Positions 37,371 to 55,354 of a DNA stretch of 64,000 nucleotides are shown here, piece by piece (the first letter of the stretch is position 1; every line of letters starts with the position of its first letter). The DNA is from the human T2T-CHM13v2.0 reference genome, Homo sapiens. The position numbers were made by a program, and so were the translations under genes. The stretch is taken from assembly GCF_009914755.1 (NCBI RefSeq), contig NC_060926.1; one strand, given 5' to 3'. Below the pieces are notes generated by a model. The model saw only the letters and a list, made by a program, of their open reading frames with translations. It was not told where the DNA came from and did no database searches.

Positions 37371-39424
37371 TGAGGTCTCTCTTCTGTTCCATTGGTCTAT
37401 ATATCTGTTTGGTACCAGTATCATGTTGTTTTGGTTACTGTAGCCTTGTAGTAAAGTTTGAAGTCAGGTAACATGATGCCTCCAGCTTTGTTCTTTTCAC
37501 TTAGGATTGTCTTGGCTATATGGGCTCTCTTTTGGTTCCATGTGAATTTTAAAATAGTTTTTTTCTAATTCTGTGAAGAATGTCAATGGAAGTTTAATGG
37601 AAATAGCATGGAATCTACAAATTACTTTGGGCAGTATGGCCATTTTCACAGTATTGATTCTCCCTATCCATGAGCATGGAATTTTTTCCCTTTTATGTAC
37701 ATCCTCTCTTGTTTCCTAGAGCAGTGGTTTGTAGCTCTCCTTGAAGTGGTCCTTCATGTCCCTTGTATGCTGCATTGCTAGGTATTTTATTCTCTTTGCA
37801 GTAATTGTGAATGGAAGTTCATTCACGATTTGGCTCTCTGCTTGTTTGTTGTTGGTATAGGAAAGCTGGTGACTTTTGCACATTGTTATTGTATCCTGAA
37901 ACTTTGCTGAAGTTGCTTATCAGCTTAAGGACTTTCTAGGCTGAGACGATGGGTTTTCTAAATATAGAATCATGTCATCTGGTAACAGAGACAATTTGAC
38001 TTCCCCTCTTCCTATTAGAATATGATTTATTTATTTCTCTTGCCTAATTGCCATGGCAGGAACTTCCAATACTATGTTGAATAGGAGTGGTGAGAGAAGG
38101 CAATTATCTAATCTTCAATAAACCTGATAGAGACAAGCAATGGGGAAAGGATTCCCTATTTAATAAAAGGTGCTGGGAAAACTGGCTAGCCTTATGCATA
38201 AAACTGAAACTGGATCCCTTCCTTACACCTTATACAAACATTAACTCAAGATGGATTAAAGACTTAAATGTAAAACCTCAAACCATAAAAACCCTAGAAG
38301 AAAACCTGGGACATACCATTCAGGACATAGGCATGGGAGAAGACTTCATGACTAAAACACCAAAAGCAATTGCAACAAAAGCCAAAATTGACAAATGGGA
38401 TCTAATTAAACTATGGAGCTTCTGCATAGCAAAAGAAACTAGCATCAGAGTGAACAGGCAAGCTACAGAACTGGAGAAAATTTTTGCAATCTATCCTTCT
38501 AACAAAGGTCTAATACACAGAATCTACCAAGAACTTAAACAAATTTACAAGAAAAAAACAAACAATACCATCAAAAAGTAGGCAAATTATATGAACAGAC
38601 ACTTCTCAAAAGAAGACATTTATGCAGCCAACAAACACATGAAAAAACGCTCATCATCACTGATCATTAGAAAAATGCAAATCAAAACCACAATGAGATA
38701 CCATCTCACACCAGTCAGAATGGCGATTATTAAAAAGTCAAGAAACAATAGATCCTGGTGAGGCTGTGGAGAAATAAGAACAGTTTTACGCTGTTAGTGG
38801 GAGTGTAAGTTAGTTCAACCATTGTGGAAGACAGTGTGGTGATTCCTCAAGGATCTAGAACTAGAAATAACATTTGACCTAGCAATCTTGTTACTGGGTA
38901 TATACCCAAAGGAATATAAGTCTTTCTACTATAAAAACACATGCACATGTACGTTTACTGCAGCACTATTTACAATAGCAAAGGCATGGAACCAACTCAA
39001 ATGCCCCTCAATGATAGACTGGATAAAGAAAATATGGTACATATACACAATGGAATACTATGCAGACATAAAAAAGAATGAGATCATGTCCTTTGCAGGC
39101 ACATGGATGAAGCAGGAAGCCATCATCCTTAGCAAACTAACACAGGAACAAAAAACCAAATACTGCATGTTCTCACTTAAAAGTGGGAGTTGAACAATGA
39201 GAACACATGGACACGGAGTGGGAAGAACACAGACTGGAGCCTGTTGGGGGGTGGGAGGCAAAGTAAAGGAGAGCGTTAGGACAAATATCTAATGCATGCA
39301 GGGCTTAAAAACATATATAATGGGTTGATAGGTGCAGCAAACCACCATGGCACATATATACCTATGTAACAAACCTGCACGTTCTGCACCACATTTATCC
39401 CAGAACTTAAAGTAAAAAAAAAAA
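37371..39424 (+). mobile_element. L1PA (PA7/PA8-like) with a ~730 bp 5' inversion
   Basis: 37371-~38102 is antisense ORF2. ~38101-39424 is sense ORF2 3' end, 3'UTR and poly-A. TSD aaaaaaagtcaactc at 37356-37370 and 39425-39439. Confidence 0.95.
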
Positions 39425-40675
39425 AAAAAAAGTCAACTCCCCATGTACTTCAAGGTTTTGTCACCTGGCCTTTTCACCAGCTGCTTAAAAATCTATACCA
39501 CGTATCTTTAGGTGTGGCATCTCACTTGAATCCAGAAGTCAGGAAAAGCCAGAAACTATTAGTATGCTGATGGTCTATCTTGGGCACTAAGCAACATGGC
39601 TATAATGAATCTCTCACCTTAAAGGCAGCTGAAATAATGGAGCAATTAGTCAAGGGTCTCAGAGACACCATGGCCAAGAGGATCTGATTATTTAGAGTAG
39701 GCTGAATTAAATGACCTGTCAAAGAAAGACTTCAAATAGAGGACAAAGAATATACTGAGATAAATAAAATAATATTGGAAACACGAAATGACAGCAGGCA
39801 GTTATTAAAATGAACTCATGAGAGATAATGATTTGGAGAAGTATAAATGCTAAATTTAAAAAAAATGGATGAGTTGACAGACACATCTTATAAGAAATAT
39901 TGAAGAGAGTTTTTCAATATGAAAGAAAAGTACACTAGTGTGGAAAAAGAAAACATTTGAAGGTATAAAACCACTAGTAAACGTGAGTAGACAAACTCAG
40001 GATATTCTAATAATGTAATTGTGTATAATCTACTCATATCTATAACATTAAGAGAAAAAGGCAAATCTATTTAAAAAAATAGCAACCATAGCAACTTGTT
40101 AAGAGACAGACAAAATTTAAAGTTGAAAATTGAGACTAGAAAAGTCAAAACAGGGGGACGGAGTTTAAGTGTAGAAAATTTTCTAGTTTTTCCTCTGTTT
40201 AATTTCTTTGTGATCATAGATAAGGTCTCATCTGTTTAAAATGAGTTGTTATATCTATAAGTTTTTTTGTAAGTCTCATGGCAATCATAAAGCAAAAACA
40301 TATAATAGATACACTAAAAATAAAAACCAACAAAATAAAACATACTACCAGAGAAAATCCCTTAATAAAAACGATAACAATAAGAAAGAAAGATAGGAAG
40401 AGAGGAACTACAAAACAAGCAAAAAACAACTAACAGAATGATAGTAGTATGTCCTTATCTATAATAATAACATTAAATGTAAATTGACTAAATTCTCCAA
40501 TTAAGAGACATAGATTAGCTGAATGGATAGTTTTTAAAAGAGCCAACTATATGCTGCCTACAAGGAACTCACTTCACCTATAACAACACACATAGGCTGA
40601 AAGTGAAGAGATGGATGAAAACTTCCATGCAAATAAACACTAAAAAAGAGTGGGAGTAGCCATACGTATACCAGG

Positions 40676-42945
40676 TGTATTAGTCCATTTTCACACTGCT
40701 ATAAAGAATTACCTGAGTCTGGGTACTTTATTTAAAAAAAAAAAGGTTTAATTGACTCACAACTCCACAGGCTTAAAAGGAATCATGACTGAAAGGCCTC
40801 AGGAATCTTACAATCATGGCAGAAAGTGAAGGGGAAGTAAGCATATGTAATGACAGTGGAACAGGAGAGAGACAGAGCAAAAAGGAAAGTGCCACACACT
40901 TGTAAACCATCAGGTATAATAAGAACTCACTCATTATCATAATAACAACAAGGGAGAAATCCACCACTATGATCCAATCACTTCCCACCAGGCTCCTCCT
41001 CCAATTCAACATGAGATTTGGGCAGGGACAAAAACTCAAATCATATCATTCCACCCTGGCCCCTCACAAACCTCATGTCCTTCTCACATTGCAAAATACA
41101 ATGAACCCTTCTCAACAGTCTCTTAGTCTTAACTCATTTCAGCATTAACTCGAAAGTCTAAGTCCAATGTTTCATCTGAGACAAGGCAATTTGCTCCTGC
41201 CTATAACCCTATAAAATAAAAAACAAGTTAGTTACTTGAAGATACAATGGGAGTTCAGGCATTGGGTAAACACTCCCATTACAAAAGGAAGAAATCAACC
41301 AAAATAAATGGGCTACAGTCCAGGCCCCATGCAACTCCAAAACGCAGCAAGGCAGTCATTCAATCTTAAATCTCCAAAATAATATTATTTGACTCCATGT
41401 CTCACATCCAGGGCACACTGAATGCAAGGAGTGGGCTCCCATATACTTGGGCAGCTTCGCCCATATATCTCTGCAGGGCTCAACTCCCATGGCTGCTCTC
41501 ATGAATGCCTGCAGCTTTTCCAGGTGCACGGTGCAAGCTGTCAGTGGATCTAGCATTCTGGTCGATGGTCACCCTCTTCTAACAGCTCCACTAGGCAATG
41601 GTACAGTGGGGACTCTGTGTGTGGGCTCCAACCCTCATTTTTCCTCCCTACTCCCCTATTGGAGGTTCTCCATGAGAGCTCTCCCACTGAAGCTGACTTC
41701 TGCCTGGACAGCCAGGCATTTCCACACATCCTGTGAAATCTAGGCACAGACTTCCAATCTTTTGCCTTCTGTACACCTGCAGGCCCAACACCACATGGAA
41801 GTAACCAAGGTGTGGGGCTTGCACCCTCTGAAACAACAGCCCAAGCTACACCTTGGCCATGTTTAGCCACCGCTAGAGCTGGAGTAGCTGGGATGTAGGG
41901 CACCATGTCCTGAGGCTGCACAGAGCAGCTGGGCCCTCGACCTGACCCACAAAACTATTTTTCTCTCCTAGGTTTTCAGGCATCTGATGGGAGAGGCCTC
42001 CATGAAGATCTCTGAAATGCCATGAAGATATTTTCCCCATTGCTTTGGCTATTAACATTCAGCTTCTCATTACTTATGCAAACATCTGCATAAAGCTTGA
42101 ACTGCTCCCCAGAAAATGGATTTTTCTTTTCTACTTCATGGTTGGGCTGCATATATTTCAAACTTTTATGCTCTGCTTCCCTTTTAAATACATGTTCCAA
42201 TTTCAGGCCATGTCTTTCTTCACACATATGAGCATACACTTTTAGAAACAGCCAGATCATATATTGAATTCTTTGCTGCTTAGAAATTTCTTCCACCAGA
42301 CACCCTAAATTATCTCTCTCAAGTTCAAAGTTCCACAGATTTTTAAGGCAGTGGCAAAATACCCCTAGTCTCTTTGCTAAAGCACAGCAAGAGTCACCTT
42401 TGCTTCTGTTCCCAACAAATTCCTCATCTCCATCTGAGACCAGCTCAGCCTGGACTTTTTGGTCAAAACCATTCAATCAGTCTCTAGGAAGCTCCAAACT
42501 GTTTCAACATCTGCCCATTACCCAGTTCCAAAATCACATCCGCATTTTCAGGCATCTTTATAGCAATGCCCCAATCCTGATACCAATTCTCTGTGTCAGT
42601 CCATTTTCACACTGCCATAAAGACATACCCAAGACGGAGTCATTTATGAAGAAAGAGGTTTAATTCACCACAGTTCCATAGGCTTAAAAGAAATCATGAT
42701 TGGGAGACCTCAGGAAACTTACAACCACAGAGGAAGGCAAAGGGGAAGCAAGCACTTCTTAACATGAGAGAGCAGGATAGAGAGAGAGAGCAAAGGAGGA
42801 AGCGCTACACACTTTTAAACCATCAGAGCTCATGAGAACTCACTCTCTATCCAAGAACAGCAAGGAAGAAATCCACCCCCTCCTACCAGGCCCCTCCTTC
42901 AATTCAGCATGGAATTGGGCAGGAATACAAATCCAAACCATATCA
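40676..42945 (-). mobile_element. MSTA-like MaLR provirus; LTRs 40676-41048 and 42592-42945
   Basis: Paired LTRs and a MaLR internal region. TSD ccagg (40671-40675) / tcagg (42946-42950). Confidence 0.9.
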
Positions 42946-45716
42946 TCAGGTAAAATAGATTACAAGTCAAAGACAATGAAAAGAGACAAAGAAGGTTACC
43001 GAAATAATGATAAATGGGTCAATTCAGCAAGATAATATAACAAGTATAAATTTATATGTGCTCAACAGCAGAGGACCCAAATAATTAAAACAAACATTGC
43101 TAGATCTAAAGGAAGGAAAAGGCTGCAATACAGTAATAGTAGGGGAATTCAACAACCCACAGTCAGTAATAGATTATCTTTACAGAAACTCAGCAAAGCA
43201 CTGGAGTAAAACTATACATTAAACCAAATGAACCAATCATTTATGAAACATTTCAACCAACTACTTCAGAATTCACATTCTTCTCATTAGCACAGGAAAT
43301 ATCCTTCAGAATAGACCATATGTTAAGTCACAAAACAAGTTTCAACAAGTTTAACAATATCAAAATTAAATCAAACATCTTCTTAGACTGAAATGTAGTA
43401 ACACTAGAAATCAATAACAAGAGGAACTTTGGAAACTATACAAACACATGGAAATTGAAAAAAAAATAAAAGAAAATATGCTCCTAAACAACTATTGGGT
43501 CAATTAAGAAGTTAAAAAGAGAATTAAAAAATTTTTTTGAAACAAATGAAAATGGAAACCCAACATACAAAAATATATGAGATACAGAAAAAGCAGTAAT
43601 AAGAGGGAAGTTTATAGCAATAAATGTCTACATAAAAAAGTTAAAAGCCTGCAAATAAACAACCTAATGATGCACGTCAAAGAACTAGAACAGCAAAGAC
43701 ATACCAACTCAATATTAGTGGAATAAAGTAAAAACAAAAGTCAGAGCAGAAATAATTAAACTTGAAAATTAAAAAGTACAAAAGATTGACAAAACAAAAA
43801 GTTATGGTTTTTGGAATAAACAAAACTGACAAACTGCTAGCTACACTAGGAACAAAAGAGAGAATACCCAAGAATATAAAACAAGAAATGAAAAAAGAGA
43901 CATAACAACTGATATGACAGACATACAAATGCTCATTAGAGTCTACTATGAACAGCTGTACACCAACAATTTGGAAAACTGAAAGAAATCAAAAATTTCT
44001 AGACATACGCTATCTACCAAGATTGCAGCATGAAGAAATAGAAAACCTCAGCAGACCAATAATGAGTACCCAAATCAAAGTAGTAATCAAAAGTCTCACA
44101 TGAGGAAAGCTCCAATGAAATTTGGTGCCTTTACTGCTGAATTCTACCAAACATTTAATGAAGAAGCGACACAAATTCTGTTAAAACTAAAAAAATTTAA
44201 ATGGAGTGGATACCTTCAAATTCATCCTAGGAGCCCAGCATTACCCTGATATCAAAAGCAGTCAAGGACACAACAAAAGTAGAAAACTATAGACCAATAA
44301 CCCTTATGTATACACATACAAAATTCCTCAACAACATACTATCAAACTGAACACAACACATTAAAAATGTGGGATTCCTCTCAGTGATGCAAGGTGGTTC
44401 ACCATATGCAAATTAATACACATGACACAGCACATTACAAAATCAAGAACAAAAACCATAGATGATTTTAATATATGCCAAAAAAGCATTTGATAAATTT
44501 AACATATCTTTATGATAAAAACTCTTAACAATCTGAGTATACAAGGAATATACCTCAAAAGAATAAAGGCCATCTATGACAAACATATAACTACCTCATG
44601 CTGAATGGGGAAAAGTGGAAAGTCTTTCCTCTAAGATCTAGAACAAGACAACGATATTCACCTTTTGTAACTTTAACTAAATATAGCACTGGAAGTCTTA
44701 GCTGAAACAATTAGGCAAGAGAAAAAAATAACAGGCATAAAAATTGGAAAGAAATAAGTCAAAATATACTTGTTTGCAGATGATGTGATCTTGTATTTAG
44801 AAAAATCTGAAGACCCCAGCAAAAAGGAATTAATGAATGAATTCAGCAAAGTTGTTACATACAAAATCATTAGCACTTTCATATGCTAACAGTGAATAAT
44901 CTCAGAAAGAAATCCCTATAGTTTGGATGTTTTTGCATCAAACTTCATGTTGAAATTTGATCCCCTATGTTGCAAGTGGAGCCCAATATGAAGAGTTAGG
45001 GTCATGGGAGCTGATTCCTCAAGTGTCTTTGTGCTATCTTCATGGTAATGAATAATTCTTGCTTTATTTTTTCCCATGAAAACTGGTTGTTAAAAACAAC
45101 CTGACATTTCCTCCCTCTCTCTCACTTCCATGCTTACCATGTGATCTCTTCATATACCAGTTCTCCTTCACGTTCCACCATGAATAAAAGAAGCTGGAGG
45201 CCCTCACCAGAAGCTATGTTGGCACAATAGTTTTTATCAGCCTGTAGAACTCTGAGTCAAATAAACCTTTTTTTTTTCTTTGTATAAGCTTCTCAGCCTC
45301 AGACATTTCTTTATAGCAACACAAATGAACTATGACAGAAAATTGGTAACAAGAAGTGGGACATTGCTATAATGATACCTGAAACCGTGGAAGTAGCTTT
45401 GAAACTGAGTTAATGGATAGAGGTTAGAAGAGTTTTGAGGACTCAGAAGAGCAGAGAAAGTTTGGAAATTCTTTTTTATTTTTATTTTATTATTATAATT
45501 TTTTTATTTTACTTTAAGTTATAGGGTACATGTGCACAACATGCAGGTTTGTTACATATGTATACATGTGCCATGTTGGTGTGCTGCACCCGTTAACTCA
45601 TCATTTACATTAGGTATATCTCCTAATGCTGTCCCTCCCCCATCCCCCTATCCCACAACAGGCCCCAGTGTGTGATGTTCCCCACCCTGTGTCCATGTGT
45701 TCCTATTGTTCAGTTC

Positions 45717-49525
<3,809 letters not shown>

Positions 49526-49589
49526 TATGATGTTAGCTGGTTATTTTGCTCATTAGTTGATGCAGTTTCTTCCTAGTATTGATTGTCTT

Positions 49590-50606
49590 ATTGGCATGTT
49601 TTTGCAGTGGCTGGTACAGGTTGTTCCTTCCCATGTTTAGTGTTTCCTTCAGGAGCTCTTGTAAGGCAGGCCTGGTGGTTACAAAATCTCTCAGCATTTT
49701 TTTCTCTGTAAAGTGTTTTATTTCTCTATCATTTATGGAGCTTAGTTTGGCCGAATATGAAATTCTGGGTTGAAAATTCTTTTCTTTAAGAATGTTGAAC
49801 ATTGGCCCCCACTCTCTTCTGGCTTGTAGAGTTCCTGCCAAGAGATCTGCTGTTAGTCTGATGGGCTTCCCATTGTGGGTAACCCGACCTTTCTCTCTGG
49901 CTGTCCTTAATATTTTTTCCTTTGTTTCAACTTTGGTGAATCTGACAATTGTGTCTTGGAGTTGCTCTTCTCAAGGAGTATCTTTCTGGCGTTCTCTGTA
50001 TTTCCTGAATTTTAATGTTGGCTTGCCTCACTAGGTTGGGGAAGTTCTCCTAGATGATATCCTGAAGAGTGTTTTCCAACTTGGTTTCATTCTCCCCATC
50101 ACTTTCCGGTACACCAACCAGACATAGATTTGGTCTTTTCACATAGTCCCATATTTCTTGGAGGCTTTATTCATTTCTTTTTACTCTTTTGTTCTCTAAA
50201 CTTCTCGTCTCACTTCATTTCATTCAGTTGATCTTCAATCACTGATATCCTTTCTTCCATTTGATCAAATCTGCTACTGAAGCTTGTGCATGTGTTACGT
50301 AGTTCTCGTGCCATGGTTTTCAGCTCCATCAGGTCATTTAAGGACTTCTCTACACTATTTATTCTAGTTAGCCATTTGCCTACTTTTTTCAAGGTTTTTA
50401 GCTTCTTTGTGATGGGTTCAAACATCTTCCTTTAGCTCGGAGAAGTCTGTTATTACCGATCATCTGAAGCCTTCATCTCTCGACTCATCAAAGTCATTCT
50501 CCATCCAGCCTTGTTCCATTACTGGTGAGGAGCTGTGTTCCTTTGGAGGAGAACAGGCATTCTGATTTTTAGAATTTTCAGCTTTTCTACTCTGGTTTCT
50601 CCCCAT
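49590..50606 (-). pseudogene. L1 ORF1, fragmented
   Basis: ATG at 50606 (MGRNQSRK). Pieces EKSLNDLMELK and ARREWGPMFNILKEKNFQPRISY. Confidence 0.9.
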
Positions 50607-51165
50607 CTTTGTGGTTTTATCTACCTTTGGTCTTTGATGATGGTGACGTACAAATGGGGTTTTGGTGTGGATGCCCTTTCTGTTTGTTAGTTTTCCTTCT
50701 AACAGTCAGGACCCTCAGCTGCAGGTCTGTTGGAGTTTGCTGGAGGTCCACTCCAGACTCTGTTTGCCTGGGTATCACCAGTGGTGGCTGCAGAACAGCA
50801 AATATTGCTGCCTAATCCTTCCTCTGGAAGCTTCGTCTCAGAGAGGCACCCAGCCTTTTGAGGTGTCAGTCGCCACCCTACTGGGAGGTGCCTCCCAGTT
50901 AGGATACTCAGGGGTCAGGGACCCACTTGAAGAGTCAGTCTGTCCATTTTCAGATCTCAAACTCCGTGCTGGGAGAACCACTACTCTCTTCAAAGCTGTC
51001 AGACAGGGACATTTAAGTCTGCAGAAGTTTCTGCTGCCTTTTGTTCAGCTATGCCCTGCCCCTAGAAGTGGAGTCTACAGAGGCAGGCAGGCCTCCTTGA
51101 GCTGCGGTGGGCTCCACCCAGCTGGAGCTTCCTGGCTGCTTTGTTTACCTACTCAAGCCTCAGCA

Positions 51166-51486
51166 ATGGTGGACGCCCCTCCCCCAGCCTCGCTGCCACC
51201 TTGCAGTTCAATCTCAGACTGCTGTGCTAGCAGTGACCGAGGTTCCGTGGGCGTGGGACCCTCCAAGCCAGGTGCGGGATATAATCTCCTGGTGTGCCAT
51301 TTGCTAAGGCTGTTGGAAAAGTATAGTATTAGGGTGGGAGTAACCCAATTTTCCAGGTGCCATCTGTCACGGCTTCCCTTTGCTAGGAAAGGGAATTCCC
51401 TGATCCCTTGTGCTTCTCGGGTGAGACTATGCCCTGCCCTGCTCCGTGGGCTGCACCCACTTGTCTGGCAAGCCCCAGTGAAATGA
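51166..51486 (+). CDS. L1 antisense ORF0-like open reading frame, 106 aa (expression unproven)
   Basis: MVDAPPPASLPPCSSISDCCAS...VGVGPSKPGAGY...IRVGVTQFSRC resembles primate L1 ORF0. Strong Kozak context GCAATGG, within the L1 5'UTR antisense strand. Confidence 0.55.
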   Translation: MVDAPPPASLPPCSSISDCCASSDRGSVGVGPSKPGAGYNLLVCHLLRLLEKYSIRVGVTQFSRCHLSRLPFARKGNSLIPCASRVRLCPALLRGLHPLVWQAPVK

Positions 51487-54400
51487 ACCCGGTACCTTAC
51501 TTAGAAATGCAGAAATCACCCGTCTTCTGCGTTGTTCACACTGGGAGCTGCAGGCTGGACCTGTTCCTATTTGGCCATCTTGGTGCCACTCCCCTTGAAC
51601 TTCTTAAAGATTGGTTATGTGATTGTGATTAAAAATGCAGATAGAATATAGACAGTGAAGGCCCTGCTGACGAGGTCACAGATGGAAAGGAGGAATTTAT
51701 TGGAAACTGGAGCCAAGGTCACCCATATTTTTCTATAGCAAAGAACTTAGATGCATTGTGTTCATGCCCTGGGGCTTTGTGAAGGGGTAAACTTATGACC
51801 TAGGGTATCTGTCAGAAGAAATTTCAAAGCAGCAAAACCTTCAAGAAGTGGTTTTCCTGCTTTTAACAGCTTATGACCAGATAAAGTAGGAAAGCAAAAG
51901 CCTAAAGGTGGAATTTATTATTAAAAAGGAATAAAGTGTAAAATATTGGAAAATTTGCAGCCCGGACATGTGATAGGAAAGGAAAAAGCATTTTCAGGAA
52001 AGAATTTCAAGGGTGCTGCACAGCAATTACTTGCTAGAGAGATTGGCACAACTAAAAGGGAGCCAGGTGGTAATAGTCAAGAAAATGGGGAGAAAGCCTC
52101 CAGGATATTTCAGAAATCTCCTACACTGCTTCCCTCATCACAGTCCCAGAGGCATAGGAAGACAACATAATTTTGGGGGCCAGGTTGAGATGCCACTGAC
52201 CTCTGCCATTTCAAGACAGTGCCCCATGCATCCTGGACATTCTGGCTCCAGCCACAGCTCACAGGGTCCAAGATACTATTTGGGCTGCCATTGCAGAAAG
52301 AATAAGCCATAAGCCTTTGAAGCTTCCATTTGGTGTTAAGACTGCATGTACCCAGAATGCAAGAGTGGTGGAGGATTGGCAGCTTCTGCCAAGATTTCAG
52401 ATGATATATTGGAAAGTCTGAGCACCCACACATAAGCTTGTTGCAGGGCAGAGCCTCCACAGACAGATTCTGCTATGGCAATACCAAGCAGAAATGTGTG
52501 GTTGGAGCCCCTGTAGGTAGTCCTCATCTGAGCACTGCCTAATGGAGCTGGGGGAGCAGGACAACCACCCTCCAGACCCCAGAATTATAGAGCCACATGC
52601 AAACATGCAATTTCAGCCTGAAGAGGTCACAGGCATTCAATTTCAACTCATGGGAGCAACCATGTGGGCCATGCCCAGCGAAGCCATAAAGACAGGGCTT
52701 CTCAAGCCTTATAGGCCCACTGCTCATATCAGGGTGCCCAGGATATGTGACATGGAGTCATTTTGGAGCTTTAAGTTTGAATGTCTGCCCTCTTGGGTTT
52801 CAGACTTGCATAGGATCTGTTATTCTTTTCTTAGGATAATTTAACCATTTTGAACTGGAAATGTTTACCCAATGACTGTACAATCATTGCACCTTGAAAG
52901 TAAACAATTTGTTTTTCATTTTACAAGCTCACAGTGGGAAAGAATTGCCTTGAGTCTCAGATGAGACTTTAGGCTTTTGAGTTGATGCTGGAACAAGTTA
53001 AGACTTTTGGGGACTATTTGGATAAAATAATTGTGTTTTGTATGTTTAATACACATTACTTTTAGGGAACTGTGAGTGGAATACTATAGTTTGGGTGTTT
53101 TTCCCCCCAAACCTCATGTTGGAATTTGATCCCCATTGTTGAAGATGGGATCTAATGGGAGGTGCTTGTTTCATGGGGCAGATACCTCATAAATGGCTTG
53201 GTGCTGTCCTGTAGTAATAAGTGAGTTTTTGTTCTGCTAGTTCCCACAAGAGCTGGTTGTTAAAAAGAGCCTGTCACTTCCTCTCTTTCCCATTCACTTC
53301 CTGTCTTGCCATATGATCTCTGCACACAACAGTTCCCTTTGTTCTTCCAAAATCAGTGGAAGCAGCCTAAAGCCTTCACCAAAAAAGCTGTTGGTGGCAT
53401 GCTTCCTGTACAGCCTGTAGAACTGTGAGCCAAATAAACTTATTTTCTTTATAAATTACCAGCTTCAGGTATTACTTTATAGGGACACAGATGGACCAAG
53501 ACAGAAATCAAGGGCACAATCTCATTTACAATAAATATAAAAGTAATATACGTAGGAATAAATATAACCAATGAAGTGAAAGACCTCTAAAATAGAACTA
53601 TAAAACACTGATGAAAGACATTGAAGACAACACAAACAATGAAAAGATATCCCATTCTTATGCATTGGAAGAATTAATATTGCTAAAATATAAACACCAC
53701 CCAAAACAATTTAGAAATTGAGTGCAATATCTATCAAAGTGTCAATAACATTTTTTATAGAAATAGAAAAAACAACACTAAAATTCACACAAAAACCAAA
53801 TAGCCAAAGCAACCCTGAGATAAAAGATCAAAGCTGGAGGCATGGCACTACCTGACTTTGAAGTATACCGTAAAGCCATAGTAACCAAAAGAGCAAGGGG
53901 GTGGCATAAAACAGAAACTTAGACTAGCAGAACAGAACAGATAACCCAGAAATACATTTATGTATTTACATCCAATTCATTTTTGACAAAGACCTCAAGA
54001 ACATATATTGGGCAAATGGCAGTCTCTTCAATAAGTTGTGCTGGAAAAACTGAATAGCCATAGGTGGAAGAATAAAACTACACCCCTATCTCTCACCATA
54101 TACAAAAATTAAACCACAATGATTAAAGACTTAAATCTAAGACCTGAAACTATGAAACTACTAGAAGAGGACATGGAGTCTGTCCACCCAGTACATTGAT
54201 CTGGACAAACCTTTTTTGGCCAATATTCCCAGAGCACAGAAAAAAAAAGAAACATTAGACAAATGGGATTACATCAAGCTAAAAAGCCTCTGCACCACAA
54301 AGAAAACAATCAACAAAGTGAAGAGAATGAATAACCTCTGAATAACCTACAGAATGAGAGAACTCTTTCACAAACTATCCATCTGCAAAGAGATTAATAA

Positions 54401-55354
54401 CCAGAATATATAGAAAATTTAAACAACTCCATAGCAAAAAAAAAAAAGAATTAAAATGGGCAAAAGCTCTCAATAGACATTTCTCAAAAGAAGACATGGA
54501 AGTGTCTAATGGGTATATAAAAAAAAAACCCATGACATCACTAATCATCAGGGAAATGTGCATGATAACCACAATAAAATATTATCTCACCCAAGTTACA
54601 ATTGCTTTTTATCAAAAAGACAAAAAATAACTGATGTTGTTGAGGATGTGGAGGGAGGACAACCTTGGTATAATATTGGTAGAAACGTAAATTAGTACAG
54701 TCACTATAAAACAGTATGGAGTTTCCTCAAATAACTAAAAATAGAAGTATCATATGATTCAGCAATCTCACTGCTGCATATATATCCAGGAGAAAGGAAG
54801 TCATATCTATTAACATTTCATATCTATTGCTGCAGTATTCACAATAGTTAAGATGTGGAATCAGCCTAAGCATCTATCAATGTCTGAATGGATAAAGAAA
54901 ATGTGGTACATATACACGATGGGATATTATTCAGCCATAAAATAGAATGAATCCTGACATTCACAACAACGTGGAAAGAACTGGAGGTCATTATCTTGTG
55001 TAAAGTAAGCCAGGAACACAAAAACAGATGTTACATATTCTCACTCACATGTGGGAGCTGAAAAATTGGATCTCCTAGAGACAGAGAGTAGATTGGTGGG
55101 TATCAGAGGCTGGGAACGGTAGCAGGGAGGGGAAATAAAGAGAGGTTGATTAATGAATATTAAATTACAGTTAGAAGGAATAAGATCTAGTGTTTAATAT
55201 TTCAGTAGGATGATGTTAGTTAACAATCATTTATTACATATTTCAAAATAGCTATAATAGAAGAGAATTCAAATGTTCTCAATATAAAGAAAAGACAAAT
55301 ATTTGAGGTCATGGATATCCCAGTTACCCTGACTTGAATATTACACATAAATGA

